The position numbers and the translations under genes are program-made. 32,367 bases of DNA from Dicyema japonicum (lineage: Eukaryota > Animalia > Dicyemida), in NCBI GenBank assembly GCA_011109175.1, contig RDEW01000141.1, forward strand, positions 11,130 through 43,496, in the 5' to 3' direction. Below the pieces are notes generated by a model that had not been told where the DNA came from, searched no databases, and saw nothing but the letters and a program-made list of their open reading frames with translations. Of the stretch, positions 1 to 11,573 are shown piece after piece (position 1 is the stretch's first letter; every line of letters begins with the position of its first letter).

Positions 1-745
1 GGAGCATGAGGATGACTTTCTACTGGCTTATGCAGATGATATTGTTATTGCATCCAGGGACCAAGACATTCAAGTCGTCTCGGGGAGATCACAATTACTT
101 TTAAACTGCTTAATCTACTGGTTAAATGACAACAATCTGTCGATCAGCCCGGAAAAATCGGTTACGTCTCTCCTTACCTCTGATAAGAGAATATCCAACA
201 GGACAGTGGATATAGAATCAGATGGATGCAAGTTGCCATTCCAAAAATGGCAGAAGATTCTGGGAGTAGTATTCGACACCCATATGACATTTTCGCGCCA
301 CGTGGGAAATGTTTTAAACAAATGTGAAAAGAAAAACAACCTCTCGAAGGGGATCTTTGGTTTATAGAAGATCGGAAGTCATCCAGTTCTGAAATCACTA
401 TACAGCTAGTACGTCGAGCTCAAAAGTCATCCAGTTCTGAAATCACTATACAGCTAGTACGTCGAGCCATGCATATCATACGCATGTGCATCATGGGGCC
501 CCTCAATTTCTTGGACGAATGCCCAGAGAATTGCGGCAACCAAAAAAGAGCGTTTTCCGTGATAGAAAATTGGATCAAAGACGATCTAAATTCTACACCT
601 ACCCCCTTGGAAGACCTAATAAGAAGAAAAGAGCCCAAACTCAACGATACCAGAGGATTACTCGTCCACTACGTGCTTGTGTTGGATTGAGGGAAGACCA
701 CCAGGCCAAACTGAGAGCCCTATTGAAATTCGCTGGGATCACATA
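1..745 (+). mobile_element. 3' part of a decayed non-LTR retrotransposon (APE-RT LINE, 'family A'): RT C-terminal half to end of ORF
   Basis: Translates LLAYADDIVIASRD (RT catalytic motif), LSISPEKS and KILGVVFDTHMTFSRHV, ending LRALLKFAGIT*. Contains stops and frameshifts. Runs off the 5' edge of the window. Confidence 0.9.
376..467. repeat. Perfect 44-bp direct repeat (376-419, 424-467) separated by 4 nt (tcaa)
   Basis: aagtcatccagttctgaaatcactatacagctagtacgtcgagc occurs twice with period 48. Confidence 0.95.
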
Positions 746-829
746 ATTTCTTGTTTTTGTCTTTAACTGTGGTCTTTGGAAATAAATTTCAACATAATTT
801 TTCTTGTTGTTGCGGTGCCTAATTCAAAA

Positions 830-1000
830 TTGTCAAACCAGAAAAAAGTTACAAAAATAATAAGCAAATATCCTATAGAATTTGAGAGAAATTTTAATGG
901 CAATTTATATTATCTAAACTGTCTAGTCAATGTAAACTTTAATAAAAATTTTAATGTTGAACAACACCGGCAAACGACGAAACATGAGTGTTCAGACTTG
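830..1000 (+). mobile_element. Probable remnant of a CGGBP1-like/hAT-related transposase N-terminal zinc finger
   Basis: KYPIEFERNFNGNLYYLNCLVNVNFNKNFNVEQHRQTTKH resembles, from memory, the KYPxEF...L-C-x2-C...V-x-x-H-x5-H pattern of this family; one Cys is lost. Confidence 0.4.
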
Positions 1001-1054
1001 AAAAATTCGTCTAATATTCAGAAAATTATTTCCACTTTCAGAGTTTTGATTACA

Positions 1055-1216
1055 ATTGGTCGAAATGATCAAAAGACACCCGTGAGCGCTGCTGGGTATT
1101 TGAGCGAATCTCGCGTGCCGTCATGAGACTGTATAGTCAAGACGTCAGGACGACCGCTATATGACTATTTGTTAACTTTTTTCCTTAATAAATTAGTTTT
1201 TATTGGTCGAAATGAT
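1055..1216 (+). mobile_element. Short retroposed insertion (1070-1201) between 15-bp target-site duplications
   Basis: attggtcgaaatgat at 1055-1069 and 1202-1216. The insert ends in taataaattagtttt, like the LINE 3' end at ~22971-22983. Confidence 0.65.
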
Positions 1217-1471
1217 GACCAAAGTGAATATTCCATTATACAAAACTTTATCGAGTTTTTTAAAAATTGGGATATAAATTTCCCATTGAAAAGTTGCTGT
1301 CTAAATTTGGTACCTTAACTTATTTCAAATCAAATTACGAGTATTAAAATACTATTAGTGGAAGAAATGTATTTTAATTGTGAATTAGACCCAAATTTCA
1401 ATGTTAAAAATTATTTGATGTTTTATTTCAATAAATTTGATTAAAACAAAGTTAAAAACAGCAGCTGTAGG

Positions 1472-2930
1472 TCACATTTGTGGTTGCCCTATGGCTGTGA
1501 TAACTGTAGAATCAAGTGAATCTAATATTATAATATAATTACATAAATGTGGCATATTAGTATTAATGGTAAGGGGGATGACAAACGCTTCACGTCATCA
1601 AATATATACACAAATCTACAATTTACTTTATTGTTTGGGTTCTATGTGTAATGTGTATATTACTTTCACTACAAAGTCATCCATTGTCATTACATCCACG
1701 ACATTTATTGACCCCAAAAGCACTCCCATTGGATATTCAATGCCTAATGACTACACAAATATTACATAGTTGATTATCATCCACGTGAGTAGTCATTGTC
1801 GAAGCAATCCAAAGACGACCTCTGTGTGATATGTATGTATCAGACTCGTGAAATCTTGTGAACAAATAAACGTACCCAATACTCCCATCCACCACTCGTG
1901 AGGCATAAGGTTGGTCGAGGTTCATGCACACACCAAAATCTCTCATTTCCATTAATTCTCTATCAAATATGTTGGAAATTCCCAATCCCTGATAATCCCC
2001 ACTTTCATCAGTAACCCCCACAAACTTTATAAATAAACTCAAAACCTTAGGGGTAATATTATTATCAACAGAATCAAAGAAATCAGTATTTGATTGAAAT
2101 GAGGACTTTTCCTGTATTTTGTGTGCCTGTGTTAAAATATTCTGTTTTTCGTTGTTTTTGATAATATCGGTAACATCGTTTACAGTCATGTCAGTGTTGA
2201 AGGAGATGTGGTATTCCGAAGAGGGTTCATCATATTTAGCTTTGAGTTCCTCAATTTGTCCCCTTTCCTTCTGTGACGTCCACGTGTTAATACTAAAATA
2301 ATCCATTTGGTCGTCAATAACCCTAGTCCTCTGTTCACTGCCATATAAAACCATAAAACCTATTTCTATCAAATCCTAGTAATTTGTTTTTATTATCAAC
2401 AGCCCTCTTCAGTGAGCAGTCCTCATCATCTTCAAATCTCCTTTGACTCCTAGTTTTGACCTAACTAAGTCTATCAAATAACTGTGTTCCACAGAAGAAG
2501 CAATCCCCCGGACCTTCCTGCAGACAAACTATGCGTCCGCAGCATAAGCAATTGTTGACAAGAGGGTGAACTGTGGCCTGACAAGTGCACCTTACACGTT
2601 TGCCTTTATTTATATATTAGAGGACCTGGAATTAAGTTGCTTTCAAATGTCGGTTTTTTGTTTCGTATTTTAGCTTTTTTATTTGTGGGAAATTTGAGTT
2701 TGTCGATTGAAAATATTCTATCAGTCATTTTGCTTATAATATCTGAGCTTTTTTGACTGTCTGTGCCGATTAAATCCTGCAGATATTCTTTGAACTCATT
2801 GCAGTCATTTATTCGTGATAGACAGCTATGATTATATATTTGAATACTCTATTAGCTCTGAGACGTTTTCAAGTCCAAATTCCTTATTTAATTCATCCTT
2901 CAAATACGCATATCGTTGATGCACATCCAT
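1472..2930 (-). CDS. TRIP4: Activating signal cointegrator 1 (zf-C2HC5 + ASCH domain), 9 exons
   Basis: Zinc finger CTCQATVHPLVNNCLCCGRIVCLQEGPGDCFFCG; KLLGFDRNSEQRTRVIDDQMDYF; ASCH motifs LDQPYAS, HRGRLWIA, YPMGVLLGSINVVD. Introns at 2826-2847, 2604-2625, 2461-2482, 2338-2359, 1855-1875, 1744-1765, 1642-1663, 1522-1542 (21-22 nt, GT-AG). Needs two +1 base corrections (near 2482 and 1586). Confidence 0.93.
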
Positions 2931-3399
2931 GAATTGTATTTCAAATTTAAAATTAATTTTGTTATTTACAATAATTTATATTTATAAATATTAAAAGTAT
3001 TTCATATCTATTATGAATGAAACATTGCGGGGACCCACAAGTCACCGATCTATTTGGTCATATTCTGAGAATTGACGCAGAACTTGTTGTATTTGGAAAG
3101 GATCTATGGGCATACGCTCATAACACTTCAGATAGTTCACGATGGTTATTCGAGGCCAATAAAAATCTCAGAATCGAAGAAAATGTTGTATTCACAATTA
3201 GAATTACTATTATTAATAAATTTTAGACCTCAAAGTGAAGTGAAACTGGACGTAGTAAACCATACTTCCCGCATGTCTCTTTCCTGTCTAATCTGTGGCA
3301 AAGCAATAGGAATTCGGTATTCAATGTTTCTGTTGCCCAAATTTTGGACACATTTGGTGCGATAAGCTAATAAAGGACTGAACAATATCTGCCAAATTG

Positions 3400-4610
3400 G
3401 TCATGTCCCTCAGAAGGAACCCTCCTCTGGACCCATCTCGGACTCATCTAACATGGATGAATGCCTACGCCGTTTGAATCAGCTTGTCGGATCTATGCGA
3501 GACAGAAATTAGAAAGGACATTCAACCACCACAGGTAATATAAGATCTGCTATTTCATCTTTCTCAGGAACAGAAATACTGGCTTACTTCTGCAAAAACA
3601 ACCGAACTCCTTCATTAATCTAATAAAGACCCTTACAGATCGAATTCTTCTGGCTGATATCTCCGACTATGCAGAGACTCCTTTTTGCACCCAAGCTTTC
3701 GCCTTCATAATGCCTTATTGTGGGTTAAAACCCATCGCAATAGACAACGTATTCAGCTGACAGAGCGGCGAGTAAGACTCTAAGCCTCAACTTGGGTTGG
3801 AATTCCTCATGGATGCGAGGCAGTAATCCACTCAATCCGGACCTTTACTAATACTATAAATAGTCAAACTGGACATCCGCAATGTTTTCAATAGCATTCA
3901 CAGAGATAGAATCATAGAAGCTAGCATCTCCAGGATTCCGGTAATTAGCAGAATGGTGAAACTCTCATATGGTACCCCCATGTACGCTGATCTTCTGACA
4001 ACACATCATCGAATCCAAGACTGGAGAACAAGGCGACCCCCTTGGCTCCCTAATCTTTGTCGACTGTGAAGAATCAGCGATCGGAACCCCTCAATGAAAA
4101 CTACCGCTTAGCTACGGAGGAATCTGAATACGCTCACAAGAACTCTCCCTCTCGGCTTTTCTATCTTCGACATATGCTTTCAGTGGTCTTACACCTAGAT
4201 CCTACGGTACATTAACAGATTGGACACTGAACCAGTGGCATGCTCGGAAAGTCTGGACGCAACTGAGTGTGGGATTCCCGAAGAAAGCTAATAAACAACG
4301 AGAATGGGAAAAGTTTTTATGCTCAAAAATCATAGACAAGATCATATGCTCAAAAATCGAAACCTTAGCTATATCAGCATCTTCTGGCTTTTTTGCTTCT
4401 ACAAAAGAAAGTGGTGCCTGGGTCAGAGCATTAAGCCTGGTCAAATATCCTGCTAAACAGAATCTGATCATAGCGAAAAATAAAAATGATAGGAGAGAAA
4501 GGAGCTGTCTCATTGATCGGATTTCCTTGCAAATCGTGAGGGGAAATACATTTTCATTAATGAGAGCAGCAGTCTTTATTTGTCTACTAATAATACCTGA
4601 ACAGGAAATG
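3400..4610 (+). mobile_element. Decayed CRE-clade (RLE-type) non-LTR retrotransposon, RT region
   Basis: Fragments GLKPIAIDNVF, QLG-GIPHGCEAVIHSIR, EQGDPLGSLIFV and SGAWVRAL match CRE-like RT motifs; many stops and frameshifts. Confidence 0.75.
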
Positions 4611-4688
4611 TTTTAATAATTTAAATGATTACTTTTAGCCTATAATATTGTGAGAATGGGTTGAATTGGGACTAAAAATGAGAAAAGA

Positions 4689-6962
4689 CTAAACAAAAGT
4701 ATAAAAGTTATCATTCTGAATAATTTGTCCATCCTCAATTCGTGTTTCAATAAATGAAGTAATATCATCCATACCAAATGTAAATGAACTATTTCCAGAA
4801 GTATGGGCGAACAGACGCATTGCACTGTATATTTTCTGGGCAGTCACGGCTGGCATAAGTTTGAGCATCCTCGTGACCTGAGGCCAATATTTATCAAACA
4901 ATGGCAAAAGACTGAACTCCCCCATCTACTGTTTCCAATTCAGACTCCTCAGGCTGAAAAGAACTAGAATCCAATAACAAATCGACTACAATATACAATC
5001 AACATACAATTCGACAATTTCCCCACTTTTATATAACAAACCCCTTCACTCTCATAGCTAACAAGAACTCCTTTCGAAATCCACAAATCGATTCTACTCT
5101 TTAAAGCACGTGAGTCTTCAAATTGAAGTATATCACCAAGTCGAGTATATTCAATGACATCTAGCACTCCCATCACAAATTACCATTATCTATAAAACAA
5201 TGAAGAATAGCCGCCATTGAGGGAGTTGTAGTGATTGTAAACGTTTCCCCCAAGTGATCAACCTGTAATGTCATCAACCCAATATTGGGAATCCATCGTA
5301 ACGATCGATTACTTTTATGTGCCACAAACTCGTTTTCGTACTTTGTAAGTTCAATCCCCCAACAATTGGGCAGTTTAAAAACCTCAATATTCTGTTCAGG
5401 CCAAAATTGATCAGAAATGACAATAACCCTCAAAAGACACCCATACATATCTCCCTACACATTACACAACACAAACCTGAGTGAATATCCTCTCACTCTC
5501 CCCAAATATTTTAATAGACTCCATCAAGTCATAAAACATAACTTCAGCCTTGTGGAGATTCTTATCTCCAAATCTATTCCTCAATATCTTCAAAGCACAG
5601 AGTAAACCAAAATATATTACTTGTGTTCCTTCGTCATATCAAAGTTCTTTGAATTAATGATCTTCTCAGCTAAGACTTGTCTATATTCCTTAAGGAGAGA
5701 TTCCTTAGTACCATAAATACTCCCAGAAGAGTCAGAAGATCAGAAGACCGCATTCCTAGGTCTTTCTCAACTACGTAGATCAATAGCATACTTTGGTGGA
5801 CAAAGACAGGTCGAGGTTTCCAACTTCTCCAATGTTTATTGTCAATTTCCCCCAAAAGTTCATCCACAATGCCTACACAGCTTGAGTCGGCGTAATTCCT
5901 CTCAAGAAGTGCATTATCAGTTATTGCAGATACAACAGCATGTAAGATTCCCTTTTCTTGTTCTCAAATGCTTTTATTGGCTCACATACTATTCTAACGA
6001 GAATCCCAGTACTGTCAATGTCATTCAGACTCAATATTGATGATATATAGGCATTCAAGATATCAGTTGTTGCTACTCCTGCAATTACTATAGTTAGCGA
6101 CCTTGGTGGAGTAATCGACAATTAAATGATTTAATCAAAGAGTCTGATATCTCTGACAAGCAAGTATTCAAATTTCCGATGCAAAATCCCAATTCTCTGC
6201 CCACATCCTTACTTTCCGGGTAGTGGATCACAATTTCAAATAAGTTTGACATTCTGTGTCTCATTATAGCCTGTTTTATAATATCAGAAATTTCAATTTT
6301 ATTTAAATCCGAGGAATCGCTAATCTTGAGGAAATCAGTCCACTTTGAGAACAACCCCTCCATATCCTCCAACAAACCGTCAAATACAGCCACTTTGTAA
6401 TTATTATGGCATCGTTTGCGCGTCTCCTCATATAAAACAACGTAAAACTCTCTTATTGGCAGAGATTACTTTATAATTACACACAACTACCAGTTTCAGC
6501 GTTGAACATTCTAATATCCTTTAAGACATCCCTCACAAAGTAAAATTCACTAAAAGATGACTCATCATCGTAATTTTCATTCAAAAATGAGGTAAAGGTG
6601 TTAAAAAGTAATGATTCCAGTAGATTATTGGTGGAACAGGCGGTTTTACCAACCAAAGCAAAAACGTGACGAAAATGCTGAGAATGTCGGTTTATTCTCC
6701 CTTTTACGAGTTTTCCCACATCTCCCTTCAGTTTGACCCAAAAGTTGTAATTGATTGATATAATATGGCACGAATGAGTGAGGGAGACAGAAGAAAGAGC
6801 AACTAACAGTTTACGAGTTAACTCCTCGCTAACAGAATAGAACCAGTCTGTGATGTTCTTAGTGCTGTTGTTCTTAAGAGACTCCAACTCATCATAAATT
6901 GAATCCTTGTTTATTAACAATTCTGAATTCTATTATTACATTATCAAAATAACCTCCGCCAT
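4689..6962 (-). CDS. ANAPC2: Anaphase-promoting complex subunit 2 (cullin-like), about 9 exons
   Basis: RLLHQGVATTDILNAYISSI, WKPRPV, RSSDLLTLL-SIYGTKE, ILRNRFGD, VISDQFWP, RSLRWIPNIG, LWISKGVL and the C-terminal winged helix YWPQVTRML...KIYSAMRLF. Introns at 6930-6953, ~6460-6490 (ambiguous), 6079-6101, 5771-5791, 5598-5620 (GT-TG), 5455-5476, 5161-5183, 4986-5007. Several homopolymer frameshifts (~5960, ~5722, ~4920). Confidence 0.93.
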
Positions 6963-7059
6963 TAATTATTTATTTAACATTTTAAATATAATTAAAATAT
7001 TAATATTTAACATTTTTATATAATTTAATTTATAACTTTTTAGCTTCTATTCTCCATTT

Positions 7060-8200
7060 AGAGGAAAAGTCGTAACAAAATCCTGCCAATCGGTCTCAAA
7101 ATTTCTTCCAAACGGCGTGCTACAGGCTTCCCCTTGTTACCGTCGCTTTTTAACTTATTCTTGCATGATATTCAAATTTACTCGAACAAAAATTCCATAA
7201 CTTTTGCGTATGTCGATGACATAATATATGCTTGCAAGGATATATGTGTTACGACAACTAAGAACAAATTGAAAACTACTATGGAAAGACTCCATGAATG
7301 GTTGAAAAGAAATTCAATGTCAACGTCCACAGAAAAGTCATTTACCTATTTTTTACGTCGAAGAAGGCTATCAAGTTATTCGGCTGAACTATTTTTGAAT
7401 GGTGAACTAATCCCAAATTAGAAACAAGCCAAGATTCTGGGAGTAACATTTGACACCTTCACGACCTTCAGCACACATGTGTAAAACGTACTCAATGCTT
7501 CGACACGAAAGCTTAATAAGATCAACTCCGCCGAATACAATAAGAAAATAATCTTTCGAATCACAGGACTACCAATCAGGGCAACCCTATTTGAGGTCCT
7601 TGTGAGGAAATTCGGCGGTATATTCACCCAAAATAAGTTTTCATATAGCTACCTCACTAGCTTGCCATCTCTGTTATCTCTACATCTAAAGGAAGTACCT
7701 ATAAGTTGAGATTTCCTCCCAGAATAACCAAGAACTCGAAGACTCGATGACAATTTTTTTTCGTTCGGAGTTTGCCTCCCATGAATTTCATTTTTACCAA
7801 AACAACAAAACATATGCTTAAGCATTTGGGAGACAGAATGAGCTGTCAATGGAAAACGTGAAGCAGTGAATAAAGCAACGTAAAAGATGATCATCAAGTT
7901 TCTTCCCATCTCTGTGGTAAAGATCAGAGGTTCAGCACAAGAACCCAGTTAACTTAGACCATGTTTGATGATATAATTGAGGATGACTTATTTTCCGGTC
8001 AACCTTGTAAGGTTCTCGAACGTTGTACATCAATACCGAAGCGGAGACTTTTGTTGTCAAAAAAGACTTGCAGGAAACTTCCTTTAAAGATATGGGTGAG
8101 GAACTATCATGAAACACACGAAAGCTAATATCCAAAACTTTAAACATTTGTCATCGACCAAAAACCAAGACCACTTATAGCAATCATGAGTTTACACTGA
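7060..8200 (+). mobile_element. Decayed APE-RT LINE, RT domain and 3' region
   Basis: LQASPLLPSLFNLFLHDI (degenerate PQG region), FAYVDDII, STEKS, KILGVTFDTFTTFSTHV; internal stops. Confidence 0.88.
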
Positions 8201-8399
8201 ATTAATCTCTATAAAGGGGAAGGCTTCGGGCAATTAATCTCTATGGTTTGATTTCTTGGCACCATTGAATGAAATTAAAAAAAATTAAAATTAATTAATT
8301 TTTTTAAATAAATCTAACTAATTGTTAACTGTTTTCATTAAATATATTTTTTGAAATACTAATCATTTCAACTTTTTGGAGCTCTAGAAAAACCTCAAC

Positions 8400-8720
8400 C
8401 AACACTGCCTGGTTTGGTTTCGTTTGGCACGCATAGAGGCTACCCAATCCCTGGGGTCGGAACTTTGCTTGACAATGAGAACCTTCGCATCGATATCTCA
8501 TATCGCCTTGGTCTGGATGTTTGCAAGGTCGCTCTCTTGTATGGGATGTAACCTGTGTTGATATCTTTTCCTATACAAACTCATACTATCCTGCCGTTGA
8601 CTCTGCTGAACTTAAAATGCTTTATAAATGGTTTTTGCTTGGAAGTTGTTTCCCCTTCCTCCCAATTGGATTTGAAAATTAGAATATGGTCAGGTTTGTC
8701 ACTAGAGGTGTTCTCCGGGA
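8400..8720 (+). mobile_element. CRE-like element C-terminal (RLE) fragment, internally deleted
   Basis: GTLLDNENLRIDISYRLGLDVCK joined to GRSLVWDVTCVDIFS; homologous to the fragment at 25793-26143. Confidence 0.7.
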
Positions 8721-9189
8721 GATAGAACCGCAATATCGTTCATGCTCGCAGATCCTAAGGAGCGGTTTTAACTTCGAGAACACCTGAAGGACACCCTTCT
8801 ATACTCGAAACAGTCGGTTTTTGTAGATGTGATAAGAAATTATTACGATCTTCCCTTTGAAACAGGGAAACCGTCAACTGCACTGACACATTCGTCCCTC
8901 GCAACCTATATCAGAGTGCCTCTGTAGCCTAATCTGCCACTGAGAAGTCCGAGATATCAAACGAGCAAAATACTCAAAGATTTATTTATGTTCCGATCGC
9001 AGTGGAAATCTCCGGTTCCCTTGCGCATTCGACATTGGAATTTGTGAGTTGTCAAGGTCAGTGGTCCCCTACCAATTGGTACCTGGTAGCGCAAGAAATA
9101 TAGTTTAGAAATATAGAATTCGGTGGGATATAGAGAAACAGGACTTATTGACCCGGATAGATGAAATTTCAATATGAGGATCCTCAGAT

Positions 9190-9500
9190 ATAATAATAAT
9201 ATTCGCATTTTCAGAGAGCCATAATAAGTTATAGCTCCCCACAGACAGAACACACACTTTATTTAAGCAAAGACCAGTCATAATAGCTAATCGAGGGCGA
9301 ATCAAATAATGCTCTTCACATCTTTGTTTTCTTTTTCTTGGGTGTATGTCCTTTATAGACAATCTGTTTCCGCAGTGAAGTTCACTGATGACGGCGTCAC
9401 TCGTCAAGCCAAAGCATATTGATTCGTGGAACCTTCAACCGAAATGTCGAGTATCGGGATTCGAACTAGCGACCTTCAGGCCTTTTGCGTGCCAACCCTC
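9190..9500 (-). mobile_element. tRNA-derived SINE, diverged copy with a different, 5'-clipped head
   Basis: B-box-like GTTCGAATCC; shared core TTGACGAGTGACGCCGTCATCAGTG; shared 3' end (AAAGTGTGTGTTCTG...GGAGCTATAA...ATGGCTCTC) and a (TAT)n tail, as in the copies at 16666 and 19119. Confidence 0.85.
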
Positions 9501-9880
9501 ATACTGAGCCACCCTCAAATATGAGAGATTTAATAAAAGTTGAAGAATCGCCAAAAGGAATAGAATTGTGTACAAGAATAAGTAAACCACCCCCAGCTGA
9601 GTTGGAGGCGCGGTAAAGAATAGTTCTTGAAGTAAGGAGTCTTGGATTTTGGTGTAAGTTTAGTTTATTGGATGAGGTCAATGTTCACACAATGATTGCA
9701 CGAGAAGATACATAAATCAATATATTTTTTGGAAATACCTATGATGTTCAACTTGAGTATCTTCAACTTTCTTTAACTGGGACGGGTCCAGGGGTAGGTT
9801 CAACATCACCACAGCTGATTAAAGAAATCTGGAACGGCAGCTTGGCACTCGTTTCGTAGCCACTACTAAGCAAAAACTAC
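9499..9880 (-). mobile_element. 5' end of an APE-RT LINE with a 2A-like peptide upstream of the AP endonuclease
   Basis: LISCGDVEPTPGP (9784-9813), then after a frameshift LKILKLNIIGI (APE start), later GGGLLILVHNSIPF. Confidence 0.8.
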
Positions 9881-10779
9881 AGTCCAACCACGAAATGGGC
9901 AAAATTTTGATATTTTTCCCAAAATGAGTGTCTGTTTAAAAATCTAAATTAAAAACGGAAAATTACTTTCATAATTAAAATTACTACAATATGTATGAAA
10001 ACAAGATGAATTATTTGATTTTTATTTTTTGATAAATAAATCTGTCATTTTCATGTTATTTTGTTACTTTTTTTCGTATTGAATGCACAACATCTGCTTA
10101 AGAACATTTTCAGGAGTTGTTTTACTACATTAAAATGCATTGTAATGATTTCTTTGCTAGCGAGATAAGGCAGATGCTTTGTTGCAAGGTCCTCGTTGTT
10201 CCAATAGTAATGACGTGAAAAGGAATTGGTAAAAAAGTTAGGGGTAGATAGGAAATTCCAGGTTTATTTACAGTCCGTTGTTTTAAAGTGGACCCTAGAG
10301 ACCCTGTCACTGGAGTATAGGAGGCAGAGCCTGGAAATTCCACATAGGCAGGGCACAATTGGACAAGATGCTCTTGGAGCTGTTTCAGTAACCAGAATCG
10401 AACCTGCATAGAAGGAAAGGTTGTTGATTGTAGATATTAACTTTTTGTTGGTTAAATAAAGCTTGGGTAAATTTCGCTACTAATTTTTCCAATTTGGGGT
10501 TTTATTAATAAAAAAATTCATATTACTTTTAAAATGATAAAATCTCACCAAAATCGAGGTTTTCCGCAGTTTATTGGTTGTGTAATTTAGGCTCTCCTTT
10601 ACGCAATCCATCAATAAATTTATTAAAAAATAATAATAATTAAAAATCATAATTAGTAAATTATAAATCTGTAAATTTTAATTTAAAATAATCACGTTTG
10701 AAATGTTTGTTTCTTGTTGGTAAACATGGACAATCGAAGGGTTTTGAAAATTCCATACAAAAACAACTTTCAAAGTACA

Positions 10780-11420
10780 ATCAAATTAATTTATCTTCAG
10801 AATTTAGAAAGTTTAGGAAACTAATCCTATCAACCAACACAAAAGTGTACAAAGAATTATGCCAACTTGAAACTGAACACATTTTTCTCTTCAAGTGCAT
10901 CCATATGCAGTACATTGAACTGAAGAGTAAAAAGTCTATGCAATCCCTTAAAAAAGTAATAATCAAACTCACTTTAGTTTGACAAACTCCTTAAGATTTT
11001 CCTTAATCTTAAAATGTTCTCCCTTTTAACAAGAACAGCCAATCTCTTCGAGTACTCTATATGTAATATTCAGCATCTCTTCTGATGGACTTTGCGTGTT
11101 GCCCAGTTTCCGAGAATTCCGTAAAATCTCACGATTGACTAAAACGGGGGAAAATCTCACTGCAGATTGTTGTAATTGTGCAGAACAGTATGGAAAGTAT
11201 ATTTCTGACTAAATATAAGTTACGCAATGATGGAGAGCTGGCAAGGACATTACGTGGCAACTAATCTTGTGTTTCTGTCCGTTTGTTCGAGAATCTATGT
11301 TCTTAACTTGTCTATTACTAAGAATATGAGGAAACTTTGTAAGAGAGGGAAATTGTTTTATAAAAATATTGAATAATGTGTTTGATCGTTGATGTATTTT
11401 ATTGTTACAGAATATTGATA
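10780..11420 (-). pseudogene. Possible degraded intron-containing gene fragment of unknown identity (weak resemblance to a KA1-like C-terminal domain)
   Basis: Candidate 26-nt GT-AG intron at 10947-10972. Flanking translation ...MLNITYRVLEEIGCSC / LFTLQFNVLHMDALEEKNVFSFKL / DRISFLNFLNSEDKLI*. Several stops. Confidence 0.25.
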
Positions 11421-11573
11421 AATCATGTCCTTTATAAATCCATTTATTTTTGGGGAGTTATTATAATTTTAATATATTGTCTTATTTGTTTTTAATTTTA
11501 ATAAATATTGGCTTTCAAAAGAAAATTTAATTTATAAGTATTTTATTAAAAAACACAAAAATCAATCAAATAC

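Noticed and set aside
376-467. Direct repeats with a spacer as a CRISPR-like array
   Set aside because: Only two units, a 4-nt spacer, a eukaryotic context and no cas genes.
2461-2482. Non-canonical TT-AG or GT-TA boundary for TRIP4 intron 3
   Set aside because: A single missing G in a GG run restores a canonical 22-nt intron, matching the dominant error type.
3017-3365. ORFs at 3017-3226 and 3072-3365 as a gene
   Set aside because: No recognisable motif or convincing tiny-intron structure; adjacent to a decayed CRE element.
10125-10411. 94-aa minus-strand and 61-aa plus-strand ORFs
   Set aside because: No family motif recognised in any frame; cannot be supported.
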